From contig CAZSKP010000010.1 of NCBI GenBank assembly GCA_964607485.1, positions 67,451-131,450 on the forward strand: a stretch of DNA of 64,000 nucleotides. Reading direction: 5' to 3'. The DNA comes from an uncultured bacterium (GTDB taxonomy: Bacteria; Abyssobacteria; SURF-5). Shown in pieces: positions 57,188 through 64,000 of this stretch. How positions within the stretch are numbered: position 1 is the first letter of the stretch; every line of letters starts with the position of its first letter. The notes below the pieces were generated by a model. The model was not told the DNA's origin, did not search any database, and worked only from the letters and a program-made list of their open reading frames with translations. The position numbers were made by a program, and so were the translations under genes.

Positions 57188-57988
57188 ATGACGAGAATCA
57201 TAGCTGTCGCTAATCAAAAAGGCGGCGTCGGCAAGACGACCACGTCGGTGAACCTCGCGGCATGCCTTGCCGCAGCGGAGAAGAGGACACTTCTCATCGA
57301 CCTCGACCCGCAGGCGAACGCCACGAGCGGATTCGGCATCGACCGAAGGGTCCAGCGCGCGACCGTTTATGAGCTGCTCATCTCGGAGGCGGCGTTCGAG
57401 CAGGTGGTCCTGCGAGGGGTATTGCCATGGCTGGACATCGTCCCGTCGGGGACCAGCCTGGCCGGCGCGCAGGTCGAGCTTCTTCAGGTCGAAAATCGCG
57501 AGCAACGGCTGAAAAAATCGCTTCTCCCCGCGCTCACGCCCGTGCTCCGCTCGGATGATAATACCTATGACGTCGTCCTGATCGACTGTCCCCCCTCTCT
57601 TGGAATGCTTACCATCAACGCCATGGTGGCGGCGCGGTCTCTCCTGGTCCCGCTTCAATGCGAATATTATGCGCTCGAGGGAATCGAGCAGCTTCTCGAC
57701 ACGCTCAAACTCGTCAGGACGGCCTTCAATCCGCGCCTTGAGATCGAAGGGATTCTGCTCACCATGTTCGACAGCCGGACGAATCTGTCGCATCAGGTCG
57801 AGGCAGAAGTGCGCACGTATTTCGGTGACAAAGTCTATCAGACCGTCATCCCCAGAAACGTCAGGCTCAGCGAGGCGCCCAGCTTCGGCAAGCCGATAGT
57901 GTTCTACGACATCGCATGCGCCGGAGCGGTCGCATACATCAACCTTGCGAAGGAGGTCATCAGCAGTGGAGAAGAAGGCGCTTGGTAA
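57188..57988 (+). CDS. parA: Chromosome partitioning ATPase ParA/Soj
   Basis: NQKGGVGKTT, DLDPQAN, IDCPP, QCEYYALEG and RNVRLSEAPSFG. Confidence 0.97.
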   Translation: MTRIIAVANQKGGVGKTTTSVNLAACLAAAEKRTLLIDLDPQANATSGFGIDRRVQRATVYELLISEAAFEQVVLRGVLPWLDIVPSGTSLAGAQVELLQVENREQRLKKSLLPALTPVLRSDDNTYDVVLIDCPPSLGMLTINAMVAARSLLVPLQCEYYALEGIEQLLDTLKLVRTAFNPRLEIEGILLTMFDSRTNLSHQVEAEVRTYFGDKVYQTVIPRNVRLSEAPSFGKPIVFYDIACAGAVAYINLAKEVISSGEEGAW

Positions 57989-58826
57989 AGGACTCAAGGC
58001 ATTAATAGGTGAGCCCGAGGAGTTCGCGCGGTATGAGGCAGCCTCCTTATGGCAAGACCTCTTGCTCGACGAGATCGAGCCGAACCCTCTACAGCCCCGC
58101 GAGGACTTCGATGAGGGAAAGCTCGCCGACCTCGTCTCCTCCATCAAGGCAAACGGCGTCCTGCAGCCCATCATTGTCCGCAAGGCCGGCGAAAAATACC
58201 AGATAATAGCGGGCGAAAGACGGTGGCGGGCCGCCCACCGGGCCAACATCATGAGCATTCCTGCGATCATCAAAGATGCCACCGATCAGGACATGCTGAA
58301 GATCGCGCTCATTGAGAACCTGCAACGGCAGGATTTGAACCCAATAGAAGAAGCCAACGCATACCGGTCGCTCCTGGAAGAATTCAGTCTCACCCAAGAC
58401 GCTCTGGCCTCCTATGTCGGCAAAGACCGCTCCACCATAGCAAACACCATCCGCCTGCTCAGCCTTCCAAAGGAAATCCAGGCGCATGTTTCACGTGGAA
58501 CATTGTCGATGGGACACGCGCGCGCGCTCCTTTCTCTGGGTGAACCCTCGGCTCAGCTTGAATTGTGTAGGCGCGCCATCAAAGAGGACCTGTCGGTGAG
58601 GCAGGTCGAGAGGCTGGTCCGGAGTCGCGCCCGGACACGCGAACACAAGCTTCCCAAGACCGACCCGGACGTGCGAAGGCTGGAGGAGGAGCTTCAGCGG
58701 AGCCTCGGCACCAAGGTGCGCATTCGTGGGGTCGGCAAGCGGGGAAAAATAGAAATAGAGTATTACTCATCCGACGAGCTCGAGGCCCTCATAGACAGAT
58801 TGCTGCATTCACAGGAAAGGCCGTAA
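57966..58826 (+). CDS. parB: Chromosome partitioning CTPase ParB/Spo0J
   Basis: ALGKGL-x-AL, QPR, GERRWRA, ENLQR, an HTH and [11 protein letters not shown] start follows AGGAGG. Confidence 0.97.
   Translation: MEKKALGKGLKALIGEPEEFARYEAASLWQDLLLDEIEPNPLQPREDFDEGKLADLVSSIKANGVLQPIIVRKAGEKYQIIAGERRWRAAHRANIMSIPAIIKDATDQDMLKIALIENLQRQDLNPIEEANAYRSLLEEFSLTQDALASYVGKDRSTIANTIRLLSLPKEIQAHVSRGTLSMGHARALLSLGEPSAQLELCRRAIKEDLSVRQVERLVRSRARTREHKLPKTDPDVRRLEEELQRSLGTKVRIRGVGKRGKIEIEYYSSDELEALIDRLLHSQERP
58487..58502. promoter_or_regulatory. parS site inside the parB coding sequence
   Basis: Exact TGTTTCACGTGGAACA. Confidence 0.9.
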
Positions 58827-58827
58827 C

Positions 58828-60108
58828 ATGATTGACCTGAAGCTGTTACGGGAAAACCCGGAAATTCTGAGGAAGGCGCTCGACGCAAGGGGAGCGCAGA
58901 TTGACCTCGACGAGCTAGTGGCGCTGGACTCAGAGCGGCGAAAACTCGTCTTCGAGGCCGACGGGCTAAAGCAAACGCGCAACGAGGTCTCGGAGAAGAT
59001 TGCGCAACTGAAGAAGGCAAAAAAGGATGCCAAGGCGCTGATTGAGGAGATGCGGGAGGTCGGACAGAAAATAGGTGCCCTCGACGCCGACATCAAGAGC
59101 AAAGACGAACAGATCAGGGCGCTGTGGCTCGCAATCCCCAACATTCCTCACCCTTCCGTGCCCTACGGAACGAGCGAGCAAGACAATCAGGAAATACGCA
59201 GGTGGGGAGAGGCGCCGCATTTCGATTTTAAGCCGTTGTCGCACGCCGATCTGGGTGAGCGGCTGGGCATACTCGACTTCGAGCGAGCCGCCAAAATAAC
59301 CGGCGCTCGGTTCACGCTGAGTTTCGGCCCGGGCGCCATGCTCGAGCGCGCGCTGATGAACTTCATGCTCGACCTTCACACGAAAAAGCACGGTTACACC
59401 GAGGTGCTCCCCCCCTTCCTCGTCAATACCGACAGCATGGTCGGCACGGGCCAGTTTCCCAAGTTTGCGGGCGATTATTTCGTGTGTCAGCCCGACCAAT
59501 ATGTGCTGGTCCCGACGGCGGAGGTGCCCGTTACCAACATCTACCGGAATGAGATCCTTGAGGAGGCTTCCCTCCCGATAAGGTTTGCGGCCTACACCGC
59601 GTGCTTCAGGCGCGAGGCCGGTTCATACGGAAAGGACACCCGAGGCATGATCCGCGTGCACCAGTTCAACAAGGTGGAGCTGGTCAAATTCTGCCGGCCC
59701 GAAGAATCATACGAGGAGCACGAGCGGCTCACCCGCGACGCCGAGGAGGTGCTGCAACTCCTTGAAATACACTACCGGGTCGTGGCGCTCTGCACGGCCG
59801 ACCTGGGCGACGCCGCGGCGAAATGCTATGACATCGAGGCGTGGATTCCGTCGCAGAACACCTACCGCGAGATATCCTCGTGCAGCAATTTCGAGGATTA
59901 CCAGGCCAGGCGCGCCAACATCCGCTACCGTCCAAAGGACGGCAAACCCCGCTTTGTGCATACACTTAACGGATCCGGACTGGCCATCGGCCGCACGGTA
60001 GTGGCGATCCTCGAGAACTTCCAGCAGGCGGACGGCACCGTCGTGGTACCTCAGAACCTCCGGCCCTACATGGACGGCATGGAGCGAATCCTCCCGTTAC
60101 AGGCTTGA
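58828..60108 (+). CDS. serS: Serine--tRNA ligase
   Basis: N-terminal coiled coil, IPN, PTAEVP, FRREAG, R-x-HQF-x-KVE, EISSCSN and HTLNGSGLA. Confidence 0.97.
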   Translation: MIDLKLLRENPEILRKALDARGAQIDLDELVALDSERRKLVFEADGLKQTRNEVSEKIAQLKKAKKDAKALIEEMREVGQKIGALDADIKSKDEQIRALWLAIPNIPHPSVPYGTSEQDNQEIRRWGEAPHFDFKPLSHADLGERLGILDFERAAKITGARFTLSFGPGAMLERALMNFMLDLHTKKHGYTEVLPPFLVNTDSMVGTGQFPKFAGDYFVCQPDQYVLVPTAEVPVTNIYRNEILEEASLPIRFAAYTACFRREAGSYGKDTRGMIRVHQFNKVELVKFCRPEESYEEHERLTRDAEEVLQLLEIHYRVVALCTADLGDAAAKCYDIEAWIPSQNTYREISSCSNFEDYQARRANIRYRPKDGKPRFVHTLNGSGLAIGRTVVAILENFQQADGTVVVPQNLRPYMDGMERILPLQA

Positions 60109-60615
60109 TAACCCTTCTTCTTGCCATTCCCAGACCGTCGACCTTGCCTTCACACAATACCTGCCATTCCGTCTGTGGATAACTTGTTGGTAGTTGCCGC
60201 CGCTCTCGCCGACAGGAGAGCCACAGGGGCGGGCAACGGTTGGGCACGAATCCGCTGGGAAAATATCCTAAGCCAAGCGTTTTCAAAGTGATACGCATAA
60301 AAAGGCGAACCTCTCTATAGCCCGCAAAGTCACCAAGTAGAGGATTAAAATAGTCCAGAAATCTCTTGTTGATAACCTGCGGACTGGTCTTGCATGCCGC
60401 CGTGGCCGTTGAATCACAGGGGATAGGGAGTCGCGGACCGATAATCTCCCGATTTTTCAAGCAATACAAGGGGGGCGGCCCGTGGACTCCCCAATAATTG
60501 GGGATAACCTGTGAACAATGTGGAAAAAGGGCTAGCGCAAGCGTGATTCAGGGCATGGGCCTGCTGATTCCGAGTCAGGGAGTGGAACAGAGCAAATCAG
60601 ACATTTAGAGTCAGC
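60109..60615. other. Intergenic DnaA-box cluster (candidate oriC or DnaA-titration locus)
   Basis: TGTGGATAA 60174-82 (perfect), TGTTGATAA 60367-75, TGGGGATAA 60499-507, TGTGAACAA 60510-18 and TGTGGAAAA 60519-27. All share one orientation in a ~500-bp, more AT-rich gap. Confidence 0.7.
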
Positions 60616-61239
60616 TTATGCGAGGAATGGATTATATCGTCTCTCAGTACCCAGCGTCGTCACGGGTCCGTGTCCGGGCAGTACCTGCACCGAATCTCCC
60701 AGCGGGAGCAGCCGATTCTTGATGGAGTTGATGAGCGTGCGGTAGTCACCTCCGGGCAGGTCGGTGCGTCCGATGGAACCCGCGAACAGCGTGTCGCCGA
60801 CGAACACGTTGTTATCCCAAAGGATGGAGATGCCTCCGGGCGAGTGACCGGGACAATGGATGATGCCCAGCCGGTGGTTGACGCCAAAGGTGAGCTCGTC
60901 GCCGTGCCGGACGAGCGTATCGGGTGGCGGCGGCGTACCCAGCTCAAACCCGAAGATTCGCCCCTGGGCCGAAAGGTTCATGTACAGGGGCTCCTCGTCC
61001 TCATGCAGTACAATCATTCCGCCCGTCTCTTCTTTGAACCGGCCGACCTCGCCGGCATGGTCAACATGAGAATGCGTGAGGATGATGTACTTCACCTTAA
61101 GGTCGTTCGAACTCAGAAACCGGTCGACCTCACTCGAAAACTCGCCCGCGTCGATGACCACCGCCTCGCGGGTTTCCTCACATCCCAGGATGAAGCAGTT
61201 GGACATGAACGGAGTCACCTCGAACTGATGTAACAGCAA
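60616..61239 (-). CDS. MBL-fold metallo-hydrolase (glyoxalase II/YcbL-like)
   Basis: THSHVDH, PGHSPG, GDTLFAGSIGRTD, PGHGP and E-x-x-x-NPF. TTG start is 7 nt from SD GGAGG. Confidence 0.92.
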   Translation of the reverse strand: MLLHQFEVTPFMSNCFILGCEETREAVVIDAGEFSSEVDRFLSSNDLKVKYIILTHSHVDHAGEVGRFKEETGGMIVLHEDEEPLYMNLSAQGRIFGFELGTPPPPDTLVRHGDELTFGVNHRLGIIHCPGHSPGGISILWDNNVFVGDTLFAGSIGRTDLPGGDYRTLINSIKNRLLPLGDSVQVLPGHGPVTTLGTERRYNPFLA

Positions 61240-61404
61240 GATCACGCCTCCAATGATGTGCAAAAGACCCTTCCGTGCGGTCGGGCCCGTGCGAAGGGGT
61301 TTTGCATCTGCCGGTCGTTCGTGAATTCAACAGTGCGGTGGCCGAACCTGGGACAGGGCAATACGGCGAAACGGGAAAGGGATTTCACCCGGTTAACATA
61401 GAGA

Positions 61405-61433
61405 ATGGTAGAGAATTCTGCCAAAAAAAGCAA
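61405..61433 (-). promoter_or_regulatory. Candidate promoter of the MBL gene
   Basis: TTGCTT (61433-28), N17, TACCAT (61410-05). Confidence 0.5.
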
Positions 61434-61671
61434 GTCTTTTTTCGTCGCGCCTTCGGACGGCCGCGGGAACGCCCCCCTCACGCATGCCTGCGACCGTGTG
61501 CGAACCCCGGAGCTGCTGTGCCGGGCGCAAGGCTTGTGAAGCGGCTCGCAATGGTGCTATAATGCCTTTGCCATTGACCGGGAGACTGCGGGAAGGCCGT
61601 GGTCTCTCTTTACAGCACGGTGGTTTCCTCACGACGAAGTTGCCAGACACGTCTAAAGATTTACAGATTTG

Positions 61672-62784
61672 ATGCAACGCTTCCCGAAAATACTCGTGTG
61701 GTATCTTCTGTTTCTGTGTCTCGCTTTCGTTGCGGCTCTTCCGATGGTCGGAAGGCAGACGCTTCTCAAGTACTCCGAAAAGGTCAAGCCCTATGCGGTC
61801 GTGTTCTGGAGCAGGAACGAGGTACGCGCGGCAAAGCATGAGTCCGACGAGATCATCTTCTTTTTCGGCGATTCATCCGTTGCTCTGCCACCATGGGCCG
61901 CGAAGGACACGCCCCACATACCGGCACTTCTGGATGCGGAGCTGCGCGAGGCCTATCCCGAGCTGGGAGGGGTGTCGGTCATCGATTGGTCTTTCCCCGG
62001 CGGCAGGTTCTTCCACTATTACTGCCTGTTGTTCGAGGCCGAAAACTATTCGCCGCAATTACTCATTATCCCGATCAACTGGCGCAATCTCGGCCCTCGC
62101 TCGTGGGAGTGGAGCAAAGAGAATGCCTTTCACGAATTGAGTGCGTTGGTACCATTCAGCGAACGACGTTTTGCTTCGGGCAAGAACATCTTCGAGCGGG
62201 AAGACATCCCGCCGTCGAAACAGCTCATCTATTCATATGAGTACCCGATGCTCTACTTGACGGGCCTGAAGATGTGGTGCCGGACCAAAGTCGGACTGGA
62301 GCCCGAGGAAGATCCCTTGGCAAACGTCCTCGAGGGGCTCCCCGAGGCCAAGGTGCTGATCAAGCGGTTCGGCGACAAGCAGCTCTTCGAACAGTACCCC
62401 GTCGACATCTCAGCCGACAACGTGCAATTGGGAATCCTCCGCTCCCTTATCGAAGCGTCGGCCCGAAGGGGGGTGAAGCTGCTTTTCTACATCACGCCGA
62501 TTCACCTCGACGAAATGCGATACAGACAGCCGTTCGATCCCGGGAAGTTCAGCGAATCGGTCAATCGGATCATGGAGGCGGCCACCTCTGAGACGAGCAC
62601 GTGTCTGAACCTCGTGGACCTGCTCGGGGAGGAGGACTTTCTCGACTCCTTCGAGCACTACACGCCCGAAGGAAACCGGAAGGTAGCCGCCGCCATCGCG
62701 CCAGCCGTGCGGGACTCTCTCAAGCCTCACGGTTCCACTGCGGAACAGGCCGGCCCTCTGGCCTTGAGAGACCGGGAGCCGTGA
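61672..62784 (+). CDS. Hypothetical membrane-anchored protein, SGNH/DltD-like
   Basis: N-terminal TM helix, FGDSS (block I-like), LLFYITP and a C-terminal D-x-x-x-H-Y-x-x-x-G. An extended -10 TGnTATAAT lies at 61555-63. Confidence 0.55.
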   Translation: MQRFPKILVWYLLFLCLAFVAALPMVGRQTLLKYSEKVKPYAVVFWSRNEVRAAKHESDEIIFFFGDSSVALPPWAAKDTPHIPALLDAELREAYPELGGVSVIDWSFPGGRFFHYYCLLFEAENYSPQLLIIPINWRNLGPRSWEWSKENAFHELSALVPFSERRFASGKNIFEREDIPPSKQLIYSYEYPMLYLTGLKMWCRTKVGLEPEEDPLANVLEGLPEAKVLIKRFGDKQLFEQYPVDISADNVQLGILRSLIEASARRGVKLLFYITPIHLDEMRYRQPFDPGKFSESVNRIMEAATSETSTCLNLVDLLGEEDFLDSFEHYTPEGNRKVAAAIAPAVRDSLKPHGSTAEQAGPLALRDREP

Positions 62785-62826
62785 ATTCGCCCGAGTTCTC
62801 TTGAAATTCCCTCAGCGCTGCGTTTC

Positions 62827-63297
62827 TCATCCCGGACTGGCGTCGGGCAGGTTGGCCTTGCCGGTCATCTTCTCTATCTCGATCTCGCACACGTTAACGA
62901 TGACGAGTGTGTGCTCGGGCGGTGGTTCATATTTGTTTTCCCCGGCGTACTTGGCGAGCAGGAGTTCGAGCGCCCTCATTTTCTCCGAATCGTCGTCCAA
63001 AAGCCGGGCCTTTCCCCACGCTATCACGCTTCGGTAGTACATCGTGAAAAGGCACGCCATTTCGTTCGGAGCCACCTCAAGCGGCTCGTCCACCTCGAAA
63101 CACACGCGGGGGCTGTTCTGAATCGCCTCCAGCTTGCGGCCCTCGAGGCCGGTATGGAAATAAATGCGTCCTTCGGCATACGCAAAATTGAGCGGAACCA
63201 CATAGGGCTCCTCGCCCGCGACGATCCCGAGCCGGCCGACGGCCGCACGGTTGAGAATGCCCTCCATCTCGCCCCGATCTTCGATCCACGTCTTCAT
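62827..63297 (-). CDS. Pyridoxamine 5'-phosphate oxidase-like flavin-binding protein (NimA-like)
   Basis: PYVVPLNF, IYFH, GRK, P-x-VCFEV, YRSVI-x-x-G and TGK motifs. Confidence 0.88.
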   Translation of the reverse strand: MKTWIEDRGEMEGILNRAAVGRLGIVAGEEPYVVPLNFAYAEGRIYFHTGLEGRKLEAIQNSPRVCFEVDEPLEVAPNEMACLFTMYYRSVIAWGKARLLDDDSEKMRALELLLAKYAGENKYEPPPEHTLVIVNVCEIEIEKMTGKANLPDASPG

Positions 63298-63351
63298 CTA
63301 ATTCCTCCCCTGTTCATACAGATTTCTGCAGGTCACGTCATAAACGCGCCC

Positions 63352-63380
63352 ATTATAGCCACGGGTGGTCGGAACGTCAA
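63352..63380 (-). promoter_or_regulatory. sigma70 promoter of the flavin-binding protein gene
   Basis: TTGACG (63380-75), N17, TATAAT (63357-52). Confidence 0.7.
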
Positions 63381-63474
63381 CCGGGAATTTGCGCGACATG
63401 AGACAGGCCCCTTCATGAGTTTGCAGGAAAGCGGTTACGGGCAGGGTGGCGGTTGATTCGGTGGGTGAGTTGCC

Positions 63475-64000
63475 TCAGGCCTGTGGGGGCTCGGTCTCGT
63501 CTGCGTCCTCCTCCGCGGCCTCGGGGACGTCTTCGACGTCGTCCACATCGTCGTCGGACCCCGGAGAGGATTCGACGTCCTCGACGATGGCATCCTCTTT
63601 CTCTCTCGGCATGACGACGGCGACAGCGACGAACGAATCGTCCTCCTGCAGACGTATCACGCGCACGCCCTGCGTGTTTCGGCCGATCACGGAGATACCG
63701 CTCACGGGCGTTCGCACAACCATCCCCCACGAGGAAACGCACACGACCTCCTCGTTCTCCCTGACGGTGCGCATCCCGATGCAGCGGCCGTTTCGTGCGG
63801 TGGTCTTTATGTTGATGATACCCTTGCCGCCCCGGTTCTGAGTCCGATACTCCTCGAAGTCGGTCCGCTTGCCGTAGCCCTTTTCGGTCACGACGAGGAT
63901 GGTCGCATCGGGGTCCACTATCTCCATCCCGATGACGCGGTCGCCCTCTTCAAGACGGATTCCGATGACTCCCATGGCACTTCGGCCCATGGGTCGCACC
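63475..64000 (-). CDS. gyrA: DNA gyrase subunit A, C-terminal beta-pinwheel (5' part outside window)
   Basis: Blade repeats (MGRSAMGV, GYGKRT...QNRGGKG, GRNTQGV) and an acidic C-terminal tail. Confidence 0.9.
   Translation of the reverse strand, partial: VRPMGRSAMGVIGIRLEEGDRVIGMEIVDPDATILVVTEKGYGKRTDFEEYRTQNRGGKGIINIKTTARNGRCIGMRTVRENEEVVCVSSWGMVVRTPVSGISVIGRNTQGVRVIRLQEDDSFVAVAVVMPREKEDAIVEDVESSPGSDDDVDDVEDVPEAAEEDADETEPPQA

Noticed and set aside
59966-60469. 167-aa ORF across the serS end and the DnaA-box region
   Set aside because: It overlaps serS antisense, has no motifs, and runs through the DnaA boxes.
61330-61395. Partial resemblance to c-di-GMP-I or ZTP riboswitch words (acagggcaa...gaaa; gccgaacctggg)
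   Set aside because: The required stems and conserved motifs (for example GACGCAAAG) are missing, and the strand does not fit the nearest promoter-gene pair.
63475-64000. ParC instead of GyrA
   Set aside because: The acidic tail and the location near parAB/parS favour GyrA. The GyrA-box itself is outside the window, so some doubt remains.
1-64000. CRISPR arrays, tRNA/rRNA genes, transposases, prophage genes and selenocysteine read-through
   Set aside because: No regularly spaced repeats, cloverleaf or rRNA signatures, mobile-element proteins, or in-frame TGA interrupting a conserved domain were seen by eye. A tool scan could still find short RNAs.

Overview
A 64 kb chromosomal window from a GC-rich, probably anaerobic bacterium; a glycyl-radical activase, an HgdB/BcrC-type subunit, FmdE and an ADP-forming acyl-CoA ligase point that way, but the taxon cannot be fixed from this sequence. 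About 59 protein genes can be supported. No rRNA, tRNA, CRISPR array, transposase or prophage was seen. From left to right: (1) three GT-C-type membrane glycosyltransferase-TPR proteins around a polyprenol-phosphate sugar synthase; (2) mixed metabolic and transport genes; (3) an ArsR-permease-TauE-thioredoxin-FeS operon; (4) an acylase-HgdB-MBL operon; (5) a deaminase plus purine phosphorylase pair; (6) rpmE-thyX-prfA-prmC-radC-psd-pssA; (7) a long minus-strand run of response regulator, double Zn-finger membrane protein, archease, RtcB, Mth938, macrodomain, a solute-binding/GH123-like fusion, VanZ, an atypical sulfatase and two acyl-CoA dehydrogenases; (8) a cold-shock gene with an attenuator-like leader; (9) a GH57-DUF4912-GH57 glycogen cluster; (10) an origin-proximal block with rsmG-parA-parB-serS, two parS sites, an intergenic DnaA-box cluster with no adjacent dnaA, and the gyrA 3' end. 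The best candidates for new biology are the archease-RtcB-Mth938-macrodomain module, the SBP-glycoside hydrolase fusion locus, the GT-C/TPR glycosylation cluster, the csp leader and the detached DnaA-box cluster. All family calls come from motif recognition by eye, not from database searches. Several starts were moved from the ORF track using SD sequences.
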